A stretch of DNA of 63,922 nucleotides, counting the filler, from Diploschistes diacapsis (lineage: Eukaryota): the NCBI GenBank assembly GCA_023645945.1. It is 10 parts of 10 records of this genome, joined end to end, with 100 filler letters (N's around TTAATTAATTAA, not from the genome) between each part and the next. Parts side by side here need not be neighbours in the genome. Positions count along the whole stretch, not along the records: positions 1 to 4,076 come from JALAIB010001783.1; positions 4,177 to 8,251 come from JALAIB010001784.1; positions 8,352 to 12,417 come from JALAIB010001785.1; 7 more parts are not named here. One strand, given 5' to 3'. A program made the translations under genes and the position numbers. The notes under the pieces were generated by a model. The model did not search any database, had not been told where the DNA came from, and was given only the letters and a program-made list of their open reading frames with translations. Positions 1 to 12,517 of the stretch are shown here, piece after piece. Position 1 is the first letter of the stretch, and the number at the start of each line of letters is the position of its first letter.

Positions 1-592
1 ATACTATATTCCTTTCCTTCTAAAATATTATATGCATTAGTAAGCCGAATATTTTATAATATTCTAGAACTTTTTAGAACCTTCTAGAACGTTCTAGAAT
101 ATTCGAAACAAACTACAAGCTTATTAAGCAGTCAGACTAACCTATTTAGGTTCATATTTTGACACATAATAAATTTAATTGACCTCGCCGTTTTTATTAC
201 CTTTCGCCCAGTTTCGCCAGTTTCGACCAAAAAGTTTCACGAAACATGGCATAACCCGTGAAATCGACAAAACAGGCACTTTCGCCAGAAATTTTTTCTG
301 GCTTGAAAACTTTCGTGATGAATAAAAAAAATAAAGAGTTGAAATATAACCCTTAATAATATATTCAGTTTTTAAACCTTAATTATGTAACAAGAATATA
401 GGAATGCAATCCCCGAGAATAACAAAAACCGAAGTTTAGAAATGTAACAACCCCTAATAACCTACCCAGTTTTTTAACCCTAGATTTTTTGCCTACTACT
501 TACTGCTTCGCTTAAGAACTTGGAAGCTACTTGCCGACACATGATATTATTGTACGGTCAAAACACTGATTTAGACCAGTCATATCATTCAG

Positions 593-1833
593 ATGCGCTA
601 TTTGCCGTCCAGTTTGCCGCCTACAAGCACTGTATTTTCTGGCATTCAACCCACGGGGGTGCCTCATCTTGGAAACTATCTTGGAGCTTTGCGACAATGG
701 ACTCAACTACAACAACGAGCACCAACATCGGTGAAGCTCATATTTTCCATAGTTGATTTACATGCTGTCTCTGCTCCTCAAGATGGTGAGCACTTGAAGC
801 GATGGAAGAAAGAGACGCTTTCTACTTTACTGGCTATTGGACTTAATCCAAAAAGATGTCTTATTTTCTGTCAGTCCGATGTGCGTTTTCCCCCACTACA
901 TGGTCCTAGGTACTGAGTGCTTAGGTTCCGGCACATACAGAGCTTCATTGGATTTTAAGCTGCACGGCATCAATGGGTTATTTGTCTCGCATGACGCAGT
1001 GGAAGGTGAAGCCTCCAAGGACTCATACAATAATCCTTTTTGACGCAGACAGAGTAAGATTGCGTTGTCCGAGAACAGATCGCCCTTGGATGTCGCCGCT
1101 AAGGCAAGGCTCAAACTTGGTCTCTTCGCCTACCCAGTTCTTCAGGCAGCGGACATCTTGGTACACGGGTGGGTTCATTATTCTTTCTAAATGCAATTCT
1201 ACTCATCATATAGAGCTACCCACGTGCCAGTCGGAGAAGACCAGCTACAGCATATTGAGTTTACCCGCGAATGTGCAAACAACTTCAACGCTATATACGG
1301 TGACCACTTGATAAAGCCAGTTGCGCTGCTATGTAAGATATCATGAAATTTCCTGTAGAAAATGCTCACATGCGTCAGCGCCCGCGAAACGGGTGATGTC
1401 CTTAAAGGAACCTCTTATGAAAATGTCCAAATCACACACAGATCCCCGGTCAAGGATCTTACTTTCCGATTCTGACGCGACCATTCGAATGAAAATAAAA
1501 CATGCCCTGACAGACTCTCAGGATGGGATAAGTTATGATGTTGCGAAAAGACCTGGAGTGTCAAATTTACTGAACATTTTGTATCATGTGCAAGGTTCGG
1601 GGGTAGAGCCGCCACAGCTTACCGCAGATATTGGGAATCTCAGCATGCAAGATTTCAAAAAGTACGTTGCCGATGAGGTTATTAGCGTCATCGGTGAGAT
1701 TAGAACAAGATACTTTGATATTTTGGTAAGAACAACTTGGCTGGAGGACATTCTTGCTGATGGCGCACAACGTGCCCGGGAGAATGCATCAAATGTATTA
1801 AAGAACGTTTATAACGCAGTTGGTCTCCGTTGA
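593..1833 (+). CDS. MSW1: Mitochondrial tryptophanyl-tRNA synthetase (about 4 short introns; true start may lie slightly upstream)
   Basis: Spliced reading gives [19 protein letters not shown] (HIGH-type motif), [27 protein letters not shown] and KMSKS; GT-AG introns near 881-924, 1006-1052, 1169-1213 and 1334-1378; TGA at 1831-1833. Confidence 0.93.
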
Positions 1834-2201
1834 CTATACATATTAGTAATTATAATTTCCAGTTTGTAACTTGTTTTTGAACTTATCAGTCATACTGCGA
1901 CTGTACGTTATCCTTGATGTTATAGATTGATAGAGTTGTAATATTATTTCTCGGCCAGGTAGCGAAATTAAAAAAGCAAACAAAATTATTTTTAAAGATT
2001 GAATAAACTAAAGTCTGAACCCCCATAACCCTGCTTTTTGAAAAGCAAATCTCATTCTCATACTTTTATATGAAATTGTTTGTATTTGTTAGCGGAAGCT
2101 GATGTACGTGAATAGGTTTTTATACATAATGATTTATGATAAACATCTCAATTCCAAAGAAACTAGCCTATAAATAAAGATTAAATTTGAATAATGTTTT
2201 G

Positions 2202-2476
2202 TATTTAGCAACGTAATGGATATATTGAAGTCTAAAAATCTTATTCATAAGAATATTCTACTGCGTAGACTTTTATACCCACGGGATCCGTTAAGCCTTA
2301 CTGCTCACACTATTCGTGATCGATTTAATTAGGATTCTACCGGATCCAAAAGGTTCAGCTAAACTAAACTGAACTGAACCTCGGTAAGTTCACCAACTGA
2401 ACTTCCCGGGTTCTTCCAGTAAACCTCTTGGAATAAGCCGAGCTCACAGCCATGCCTTCCGTCTGCCTGCTCAACA
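2202..2476 (-). mobile_element. Solo LTR of the Copia family seen at 13319-16488
   Basis: Reverse complement starts TGTTGAGCAGGCAG and ends ...CCATTACGTTGCTAAATA, matching the LTR at 16274-16488; 5-bp target-site duplication TTTTG at 2197-2201 and 2477-2481. Confidence 0.85.
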
Positions 2477-2527
2477 TTTTGAATATGCGATAAATTATTA
2501 AAATCTTAGTAATATTACCCAGCATAT

Positions 2528-2611
2528 GCCGGCATGGTCGAATGATGAAGACGATTGCTGAATAACCTTTTATTTAAAAAAAGGTCGTGGGTTCGATGCC
2601 CACCGCTGCCC
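2528..2611 (+). pseudogene. Degenerate tRNA-like sequence (Ser/Leu-type with long variable arm; tRNA pseudogene or SINE head)
   Basis: A-box-like TGGTCGAATGA with D stem GTC/GAC, variable-arm stem CCTTTT/AAAAGG, T arm GTGGG-TTCGATG-CCCAC; the acceptor stem is imperfect and the anticodon arm is too short. Confidence 0.45.
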
Positions 2612-2676
2612 CCTGAATATTTTTCATTCAAGGCTTAGTATCCTGGTCCCCTACTTAATTATTAACTACTCTTGGC

Positions 2677-3118
2677 TGTTATGAACCGTAATATGTCAGA
2701 GACCAGTTGGTAGGTTTCTTAACAAGAAGATAAGTGAACAGCACCTAAGGGTTTGGGATATACGTGGTAACGTAAGAATTAAAATAAACGTAATATCTGG
2801 CAATTAATAATTAAATACTAAATACAAAGATTTAAAATTAAACGAAACCTTTTGGAACAATCCTGACTACTGCAGGTTCAGGGGCTCAGATACTGAACCT
2901 TATGGGACTGTAGGCTGACCTGGGAGGTATTTATACCTGGCTACTTCCCACCTAGTTCTTCTTCCCTACCTTTTCGAATCTGACCTATTCAGCTTACTGA
3001 TGCCATAATCACACGTGATCCTCCAGATTAGGCATAGCCTATTAGTTGTGTAGCGTTTTTTTGTAAGGCCAAGCTAATAGAGCGTGTTCGGGATGCCAGA
3101 GATGCCAAAAGTCTTACA
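2677..3118 (+). mobile_element. Probable LTR-derived fragment related to 3659-3960 (boundaries approximate)
   Basis: Shares the block TCCCACCTAG...TTCTTC...CTTTTCGAATC...ACACGT(G/A)ATCCT..C(A/G)GAT(T/C)AGGC with 3659-3960; TG and CA at the candidate ends. Confidence 0.45.
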
Positions 3119-3392
3119 AGCCGCGCTCGGGGTCTTGGCTGGCTAGTACTTGAAGGGAAATTTTGCCTTTTTTATTCTCTTCTCTTCTTTGATAATTAAT
3201 TTTAGCATGAATTTATCTATCAAAGCTATTTTATTATATTATCGTGATTCTCTTCTTTATAATTTTAATTACTTTATCTTTCTTAATGACGATAATCCGA
3301 TAAAATAATTCGTTTTCCTTAACGTATACGCTAAGTAAATTTACGTAATTAGATCGAAATTGAAAAAAATCAATCCAGGGACACAAATAAAC

Positions 3393-3650
3393 TATTGAGC
3401 AGACAGGTAGAAGGCATGGCTATAGGCTCGACCCAATTCCGGAAGGTTCAGTTCAGCTGAACCGGGAAGTTCAGTTTAGTTGAATTTATCGATATCTAGT
3501 AATTAAATTTACTAGAGTTCTGCCGAGACCAATTCAGAAATAGTATAGACAGTAAAAGGTAACGGATTTCGTAGAAATAAAATTCTATAAAGTAAAATAA
3601 CTTTTTAAATAAGATTTCTAGACTTTATAAATTTATTACGTTATGAAATA
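3393..3650 (+). mobile_element. RIP-mutated Copia LTR, probably a 5' LTR
   Basis: Starts TATTGAGCAGACAGG (RIP form of TGTTGAGCAG), homologous to 2202-2476, 16274-16488 and 28827-29056; followed directly by GGTTATGA, resembling the start of a fungal Copia primer-binding site. Confidence 0.75.
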
Positions 3651-3658
3651 GGTTATGA

Positions 3659-3960
3659 TGAGACAGCCCAGCCCAGGGGCCTGCCAAGCCAAGGGGCCTG
3701 CCAAGCCACGGCAGGGTCAATGCCCAGGTGCTTGCCAAGACACGGCAGGGTCAGGGGGTGGCTGTGTAAAGGGGTAGTCCCCGAACCCCGATAGGTTTGG
3801 CACCTACACTACTTAACGGTGCCCTCCTCCCACCTAGATAGTTTCTTCTTCAGCTTTTCGAATCGAGACCTTTACCTGCAGATGCCCAGCTACACGTAAT
3901 CCTTCCGGATCAGGCCCAGCCCCCGGTAGTGTAGTATCCCATTCCTGCGCTGGCGTTTCA
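3659..3960 (+). mobile_element. LTR-like element of a second family, little affected by RIP
   Basis: Termini TGAGAC...GTTTCA (TG..CA with short inverted repeat), internal tandem repeats (GGGGCCTGCCAAGCCA x2, CACGGCAGGGTCA x2), GC-rich compared with its flanks; no target-site duplication seen. Confidence 0.6.
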
Positions 3961-4076
3961 CGGGCGCGTATTATTTTTTATTATATTAAATTATTATTAC
4001 ATCGAACCACCGTTATATAAAATCGTAACTTATTATATTAAATTTATTCTACTCAATTTATCGCGTTTAAATATTA
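3961..4076 (-). mobile_element. Fragment of a RIP-mutated Fot1/pogo transposase
   Basis: CGGGCGCGTATT...ATTATATTAAATTATTATTA.ATCGAA.CACCGTTATATAA aligns with 12709-12825. Confidence 0.7.
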
Positions 4077-4176
4077 NNNNNNNNNNNNNNNNNNNNNNNN
4101 NNNNNNNNNNNNNNNNNNNNTTAATTAATTAANNNNNNNNNNNNNNNNNNNNNNNNNNNNNNNNNNNNNNNNNNNN
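4077..4176. other. Artificial contig linker (also at 8252-8351, 12418-12517, 16583-16682, 20747-20846, 24904-25003, 29057-29156, 55622-55721, 59773-59872)
   Basis: Identical 44 N + TTAATTAATTAA (stop codons in all six frames) + 44 N; nine of the ten contigs fall steadily in length from 4076 to 4050 nt. Confidence 0.99.
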
Positions 4177-5286
4177 ATTATTATTAGCCTTCTATAAATA
4201 ACAGCCATCACCATGATGCAAATGCATTAAATTATGTATGCTGCTGAATAAGCGAAGGTTCAACGGAAGGCTGGGCAACCCCTCCCCCCCCCGGCCGGCC
4301 CCGAATTCCAGCTGCAATGAGTTCCGAAAGCTCTATGTGAAGACTACAATAATATGAACTCGTGTTTATGAGGGATTTGGGATCGAAGGGACAGCATGGA
4401 GATCAGGAAGTGTAGCGTGGTCGGCTGTCGCATACATCATCAGCTGCAGCAGATATGTTTGAAGTCATTGCTACGTGATGCCCTTCGAGTTCTCGTTTGT
4501 ACATTTAACTTGCAATCAGGCAATCTAGCCCTTGCGGGTTTGACAAGTTGCCACGTGGAAATCGTGCGTGTGGCGCAAAGGATCTAGTGGAAAGCTATCT
4601 CTTGTTTCCATGCCGCTTCATGTATGATGTTGAATCAAGTACCTCTCACACGCGAGACTAACAACTAACAAATGGTAGAAACCTTGATCAATCAATCTTC
4701 CAGAAGCTTTGCCTGAAACAGTACAATTGAAACAGCCCTGGTAGCACAGACAAATGCCCGGAACAAGCGACAGGCGCTCCAATTGTCCAATAAGGAGGTG
4801 GGCTTTAATAAATCTGAAACATGGAAAATTGTTTGACGAGTTTCGCCTTCTGTTTCGGCCCGGGCTTACCAATCACCGGCCTGTGCACTCTCTTCTTTTG
4901 CCAGCCAAGTTCAAGGCTTCAAGCCCATTTTATTATTCCAACACCGTATTTCAGCCCAACAGAAGCCACAATCCATGATAACTATCCCGCCCAGCTGGGA
5001 CTTGCTTGCCCATCCATCCATCATCCATGTGCCATGTGCTCTGGAGTGGAGCTTTTGACCGACTTCTCCCCCAAAAGGCCGCTAATTCCGCTTTCCGCCT
5101 CAAAAAACTTACATACACCTCTTACCTTTCAACCCATTTCTCTCTCTCTCTCTCCCCTAGAGTCTTAGTCGAGAATTAGTGTAGTTGCTGTTTGCTGCGC
5201 GCTGTCTAATAATTGATCGCTCGTCAAGGGTCAAGGGGGTAAATGCTCGGTCCCTCGATCCTCAGACCCGCTACTACTACCCTCTT

Positions 5287-5318
<32 letters not shown>

Positions 5319-5743
5319 CCTCCCTCCCCGTACCGTCCAAAAATTATCATCATCTGTTCTCCTTCGTCCGCATTTGCACCCATCTACATGTCCTCAAATG
5401 CGATTCCTCTCTTTTTGATAATCATTCTTGTCGTCGTTCTACGTCGGGTGCTTCCCGATTTGCCGCTGCTGCTGCATCGCTTTGTAATTGTACGACCGTC
5501 TCCTCTTCTCGAAACATTACGTACCATATCAGGCTGCGGATACCCTCCTTGATCGACACCTGCCGCATACCAGCACATCAGCATACCACGCGGTCAGCCC
5601 GCCGGCTTTACTACTACACACCGCCCTGCACCCTTCTCCAATTAAGCTTTTTCGACTGAGGTCCTTTAAATCACCTCAGATCCCGCTCAATCTGGACATC
5701 CTCACGCTGTAGCTTGTGGCCTCGGTAGCCGCCCAGCACAATA

Positions 5744-7720
5744 ATGGGTAATACGAGCGGCAAACCAGTCATCTTCACCGATGAAGGTGAGTAGCAAATC
5801 AAATCCACCGCTTCGCTTGGACGACTCCAGACTGATTGCTATCTGTCCAATAGTCAACTTGAACCACTTCCGCTTGCTTCGGGTCGTTGGCAAGGGAGCC
5901 TTCGGAAAGGTGCGCATAGTCGAGCGCAAAGATACTGGTCTTACCTTTGCGCTCAAATACATACGAAAAGATGAGGGTGCGTACAATACAACCGGCTCCC
6001 TTGCTCGTGTCTAATTCGCTTCGCGCAGTCGTCCGTTCAGAGAGCGTGCGGAATATAATACGGGAACGGCGGATGCTGGAACATCTGAGCCACCCCTTTC
6101 TGCTCAACCTGCGATACAGCTTCCAGGATATGGAGTACTTGTGCGTAATCCACGGCTGCATTGCACGTCGCCGCTGGAACTAACAGACGCTCAGATACAT
6201 CGTACAGGACCTGATGAACGGTGGTGATCTACGATTCCACATCTCGAGGAAGACCATGACCGAGGACGCCGTACGGTTCTGGATGGGAGAGTTGGCATGC
6301 TCGCTACGCTACATCCACAAGCAAGGCATCGTGCACCGAGACCTGAAGCCGGACAATGTTCTGCTGGACCACGAAGGTCACGTCCATCTAGCAGATTTCG
6401 TACGTCATATCTATGGCCCATGTTTTCCGATCTCTACTAACTCCACGCAGAACGTTGCGTCGGAATTCAGGCGCGATAAGCCACTGCATAGCAAATCCGG
6501 GACACTGGCGTATCTGGCCCCCGAAGTATATGCCGGCAAGGGCTATCTGGACGAAGTCGACTGGTGGTCCCTTGGCGTGACTTTCTACGAGTGCATCTAC
6601 AACAAGGTATGCGATGATGATGTTGCTCCAAAGCCGGCAATATAATATATATATAATATATATATATATATGTATTTATATATCTATACATATTGACCCA
6701 TCTGCAGCGGCCATTCGAAGCACACCACCACGACAAGCTAGAGAAGGAGATCCTCAAAGGTAAACCAGCGTACCCGGTGACGCAGCCTGCAGTCTCCATG
6801 CCTTGCCTGCATGCGATCAGCTCGCTTCTGGAAAAGGACATCCACAAGCGAATCGGAGCCATGAGCTTTGAGTCTTTCACCGACAATCCTTTCTTCAGAC
6901 CCCTTGATTTCGAGGCGTTGGAGAGAAAGGAGATTCCACCCATCTTCGTACCATCCAGCGAGAAGACCAACTTTGACGCCACGTACGATCTGGAAGAGCT
7001 GCTCCTCGAGGAAGCGCCGCTTGAGGCTCGTGCCAGAAGGCAAAAACCCAGAGCGGCGTTGAAGGAAGACGCAACGGACAAGGAGATCCGGGATGATGAA
7101 CTGCATCGCATGATTGAAACGCTGTTCGAGCCTTTCGACTACACGACCGCGCCGCATGACCCGTATGTACCTTTCACCCGATGCTGGATTGATCGCTGAC
7201 ATGCATCAGGGCCACGCTTCCGACGGTTTCCAAGTCCTCGAGCGGAAGTCCGGGACCCACGACGCGGTCCAAATCGAGCGGGGACGAAGCCACAGAGACA
7301 GCAGCATCCTCTCTACCCACCCCCAACGGGTCGCCTCCGCTACAAGCTTGCTCGCCCCCGAACTCGGATGGGAAAGACGGATACTTCCAAAATCCCGCCC
7401 CCCCTGCCAACAAACTGACCAAATACTCCACTACCAACAGTCCTTCCAACCGTCCTCACGCTGATACCAGGAGTAGAACAAGGAGCGGCGGCATGCAGGT
7501 GACTTTGGGCGAAACCGGAAGCTGGTCGGATCTCAAGGACAAGGGTGCGACGCTGCCAGCAGAAGGAAAGGCTGGCGCTGCAAACTTGAGAGGCCAGAAA
7601 CCGACAGGAATGCTCGGATTTCTGAGTCGCAAAGGAGGACGAGCGCGAAGCCCAAAGCCTAGGGAGCCCGGTGTGCTGGGCAAAGAGGGTGCCAGGGTGA
7701 TTCTTTCGGGCGGAAAGTGA
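5744..7720 (+). CDS. AGC Ser/Thr protein kinase, YANK/STK32-like (6 introns)
   Basis: MGNTSGKPV start; VGKGAFGKV, ALKY, HRDLKPDN, DFN in place of DFG (typical of STK32/YANK), GTLAYLAPE, DWWSLGV, NFDATYDLEELLLEE; ends GARVILSGGK*. Confidence 0.9.
6641..6692. repeat. Intronic (TA)n microsatellite
   Basis: Imperfect TA run inside the kinase intron at 6607-6707. Confidence 0.85.
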
Positions 7721-8540
7721 AATCAAGGACAAGAAAGAAGGATCCGCAAAAGAAAGACCGGGATGCAACATTGAAAAACGGCCGCCCGGGGGTTCTGCTA
7801 CAAGCTCGGAGTCATGGATTCGGTCCAGTGGCTCTGTTCCGATCTGGCGAATGTATCCAGGCACCAGCACCAGTCCCACCCAGCCCGCATGATGCCATTG
7901 ACTCATATCTAGGCTTCCAGCAATATGAACCAAGCATCACTACAGCAGCAATCAAGAACTCTTATGCGTCTCAGAACCTTTACTCCTTGGGCGCTTGTGC
8001 CTTTCAACCGCCCCCACGCTAAACAAAGTTTTGCAACTACCCTGCAAACTCCGTTATCGGCAAAGGTTCTATCCCGAGAGCATTTCCTACAGGCAGGACA
8101 ATATTGTGATGCAGTCTACACGTACATGTCTGGAAGGTCTGATATCAGCATTAGGATATGTGAGCTACATGGGGCTATCTCATCAGGGGCCAACATGGTC
8201 AGAACGGCACGCCGTGGGAGGTGGTGGGATTGGAGTGGCACCGAACCGGGGNNNNNNNNNNNNNNNNNNNNNNNNNNNNNNNNNNNNNNNNNNNNTTAAT
8301 TAATTAANNNNNNNNNNNNNNNNNNNNNNNNNNNNNNNNNNNNNNNNNNNNATTTTATAATTATTATTTATTTTTTTACGATTATATTAAAATGTTTTTT
8401 ATTTCGATAAAATACGCTCGCTATATTAAGTCTAATTAAAAGAATTATGTTTCTATTACATAAAAGGTAATTAAACGGACCATTCTTTCGAAACGAGACG
8501 AGATCGAAAAAAATAAAAAACTTATCGACGAAAATGATAA

Positions 8541-8775
8541 TATAAACTCAAGGCGCGCTGTCTAGGGAGACTTCCCTTGCTGTAGTAGGTAGGTAGTCGC
8601 AGGTGATGTAGTAAGGGAATGTAGTGTGATCTCGTAGTCAACAGCATACCTAAATAAGACATTTATGAAATATAGGATGTATTTCTTGTCTAGAACTACC
8701 TAACAAGCCTCCTTAAATAAAGCTGCCCTATAAAGACCACCCCTACCAAATCTACGGCCTACTTTTATGTTTACA
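8541..8775 (-). mobile_element. 3' LTR (235 bp) of the Gypsy-type element
   Basis: On the minus strand the polypurine tract AAAGGGGGGG (8790-8781) is followed after 5 nt by TGTAAAC...GTTTATA (RIP form of GTTTACA). Confidence 0.8.
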
Positions 8776-9289
8776 TACGACCCCCCCTTTAATAATTCGC
8801 TATCTTATAGCGAACTCCATACAAGTCTTATTAACAAGAAATTTCTATCCCTCTATCTCTATACCCTAATATAGTCCTATACCTCTCCGATAACTAAAAT
8901 ATCTAAAAACTTATTATCCTTAACACTCTTTTCTCGACGTAAACGTGCTCCTGGACTTATCCTTCTATATTCCACTCTCCAAACACAACTAGATAGAAAG
9001 GCGGTACCTATCTAAAGATATCCTTATCTCCGATTATATTCATATCATCCGTAAATATTCCGTCCGATAAATATAATTAATAACACGTCTTACAACCTTC
9101 TTCCTCTTCCTTCACCTTCCTTCCTCTCGTCACGACCAACAAGAATTCAATTATAAATAAATATATAGAAAAACAAGCAAGCAAGCAAATCACATAAAAA
9201 AACAAATAAACAAATTAAACGAAAAAGCAAGAATACTATAAAACTAATAAATAAAATAAACAACCGCGTAAATAACAAATAGTTCCCTA

Positions 9290-12222
9290 TTATAGGCCCT
9301 TAAAACCTTATAATACTCATTCCGACTTCTAATTATATAACCTTTAACCAAAACGGTTCCATCTTTCCTCAAATTTTCTCTATATTCTTCCCTCTTTATT
9401 TACAATCTAAATATCTATAAACTCATCTTTAATATCTAATCCTTAATTCTATTCTATACTTATTCCTCTATAAAATCCTTTCCGTTTTTTTTCTTCTTAT
9501 CCTTTCTAGACTCTATTTCCTCTATATTTAAATCAAGGTTATTTACTTGATCTTCCTCCTCGTCCTCTTTTTCATTTAGGTCTAAATCCTCGTCCGGAAA
9601 AAATACTCGTCTTAAAATCTTTTAAAAATCGGATTGCGTCTATAATAAAATAACGAAAAAATTCTTCTTCTAAACATTAAAAGCGAAATACTCCCCTTAA
9701 CGCATCGCTAAATAATATTCTTCAAAACCCTTAAAAACCTTAGCCACCCATTTCCTAAAATAAACGTCCCTTATCTCTAAATTAAAAATCTATACCTATT
9801 CCTTTATTACCGCTGGATCAATCCAGCGACGTCGTTTCATTAGCGTATCCGAAATTATTCCTAACCTAATAATCTACGTCGCTCCAGCGAAGACGTAAAG
9901 GATCCCTTTATGTATATTATATAAACCGGAAGGCGAGGAAAATCCGAAAATTAAATCTTTATATACGGCCGAAAGCTACTCTTATATACTAAAAACAGCA
10001 ATATCAAGCTAAAAATAATCTTATTAAACTCCGACATACCAAGATAAGATAATTCTCTTTACGCGCTTAAACTTCTATACCTTATAAAATAACTTTAACC
10101 TAAAGATCCTAACTTCGCTTCTATTATAAGATTAAAATACGAACTTTATCTTGATATCTTTCTCCTTTTAAATAATCCATATCTTACTATTAACCGTATT
10201 GACTAAACCGTCTTTCAACACGATCTCTCCCGCCCTCTACTTACGTTATAATTCTTACCACCAGTCCTAAATTCTACGATATATTCCTAATAAAAGCTAC
10301 GTACAGTCGTCGTCCTATTCATAATCAATAAAAACAGATCCTTAAATAATATTGATTCCATATCCTTCCTTCACCAACCGTCGGATGTTACAGTCTATAT
10401 ATCGGAAATACGTCTAATCTCCAAGCTCTTAATCCTTGCAGTAATAAAAGTAAGAAACCAACCACTTATTATAATCAGGACGCAAAGCCACGTACAATAA
10501 ATAATATATAAGGCATTATCTCATTACCTACTACACTTCAGAATAAAACATGATCCGATTTCAGCCCAAGTTAGGCTATCCGCCACGCTCACGAAGATGC
10601 CATTTATACATAACGAATTCAGCCTCGATCATAATCATGAAATCCAACCCACTTAATATACCAGATTCGCTAGCTCGTCCGTTAAAAAATTAATCGAAAA
10701 TACCACCCACCATAATACTACCATCTCTATTCCAATCTTACTTAATCTACAAGCTTAATCCGGCTACGTTAAATAGACCTACCGAAGTAATATCATCCTT
10801 AAAATACTATAAGATCTCCTTATAGTCCAAAAAATCCATCTTTAATATTAAAATAAAATACTTATAATTACCTAAGTTGTCCGAAGATCGCGCCGATCGA
10901 CTATCCTTTTTAAACATTTAATACGTCTTATTACTAATTTTCAATTACCTTATCCTAAACTCATCCTTATAAATCCAGTACAGTTTTGTTATTAAAATAA
11001 TTCTATTTCCTTACCTATTCTTAAGCCCTATAGCTCCGTATATAACCCTTAAATACCGAAAACAAAAAAAACGCTCGCGATCTTTAGATACAAAACTTCT
11101 ATACTATCGCAGAACCTTTTTCTAAGCAAGATACCTTTAATTCAGGATAATATATAATTTCTTTTCTTACTTACAACCGCAGTTCTATATTCCTAAACTG
11201 GCGAAAACCATCCGCCTAACTTTCATAATAACTGATACAGACGTAACAGGTAAAAAAAAACTGCCGAAAACAATAGTTCTAAAGTTCTCCCGATCACAAA
11301 ACCCTGAAATCTCCTACTCAAGCTCGATAACCACGGGTTCAATTAACTCAACGCCTTCGCTAAATACCGAGGAATCTCTAACCGCTAACAGAAAGAACTA
11401 TTTATTAAGAATTACCGATCTACGCGCTCCATCTTCTTCTATAAGTAAATTAAGGTCGACCGAAATGATTAAATCCGGTACAATATTTAATCGAACACGC
11501 CGCAAATCTATACCAGAAGTCGCTAGCTTGTTTATTATAAAAATAAATTATTCCGTTATTATCATAATATCTTTACTTAACGGACCTAAGATATCTTTAA
11601 TATACTTAATCGCCTTCTATATATCCGAAGTTAGCAACACTCGAATCTTATATACCCCTATAATAATTCCTTCAAGGCGAGAGGTCATTATATTAGCCAA
11701 AAGTTTCTAAATTAATTCAACATATCCATTTATTAACGTAATAAAAACACTTATTATCTTTATATAAACCTCGGGAGATCCGTATATATTTTTAAAATAA
11801 ACAGATCTTACAAGCTACTCTCTCTATAATTTACTTATTCTTTCAATGGCGTTACCGGTGCGTAATAATTTTTATTTATAACTTCGTATAAATTCCTTTA
11901 CCGATTCTTATTCTTCCTTATATACGACTTCTAAAACACCCGTCGTAATATATAAACTCTCTTTTTCAATCTCTTTAACCAGTTATCCGAAATAATTTAC
12001 CGTTAAATAAACCGTTACCTCGATCTTAGTTCTTACTTCATAAATTAAAGAATATCTATTTCTTAAAGACTACTCCTTTACATAATTAAAAAAACTTTTG
12101 ATAATATTAAAGCTACTTCCGTTTACCATTACGATCGGGATTTGATAACTATTCGATTATATATGGTTTCTTAATAGCGCGAAAAGTTGAGGAATTAATA
12201 AAAAAAGTGTATTATCAGCCAT
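9290..12222 (-). pseudogene. RIP-mutated retrotransposon cargo ORF, PhyH-like 2OG-Fe(II) dioxygenase (copy 1; 3' end approximate)
   Basis: Collinear with 21532-24264; reads LLYVALRPDYNKWLVSYFYYCKD*ELGD*TYFRYIDCNIRRLVKEGYGINII*GSVFIDYE*DDDCT*LLLG, with stops being TAA/TAG as expected from CAA/CAG/TGG under RIP. Confidence 0.72.
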
Positions 12223-12517
12223 ACTGAATCTTTCTAAAGATGACTAAAAGGGCAGGTTAACAGATTATATAATTCGAAATTAAGTTTTTTAATAACCGAT
12301 TTATGTTCGTCGTTAAATATAATCCGTATCGTCAAAATCAATTAAGATTTAACGACGGGAGATATTACGTGCTATCTTATGATATCAAACAAAATCTTAA
12401 TGCATATTAATGTCAAANNNNNNNNNNNNNNNNNNNNNNNNNNNNNNNNNNNNNNNNNNNNTTAATTAATTAANNNNNNNNNNNNNNNNNNNNNNNNNNN
12501 NNNNNNNNNNNNNNNNN

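Noticed and set aside
1..500. AT-rich stretch with short repeats (TTCTAGAA, TTTCGCC, a duplicated CAGTTTTT..ACC block)
   Set aside because: Probably transposon-end debris, but no family, terminus or target-site duplication can be defined.
2202..3650. Large inverted repeat suggesting a single TIR transposon
   Set aside because: The arms are two oppositely oriented Copia LTRs, and the left one has its own target-site duplication.
4077..4176. Regularly recurring TTAATTAATTAA palindrome about every 4.1 kb
   Set aside because: Artificial linker inside N runs; the spacing reflects size-sorted contigs, not biology or a CRISPR-like array.
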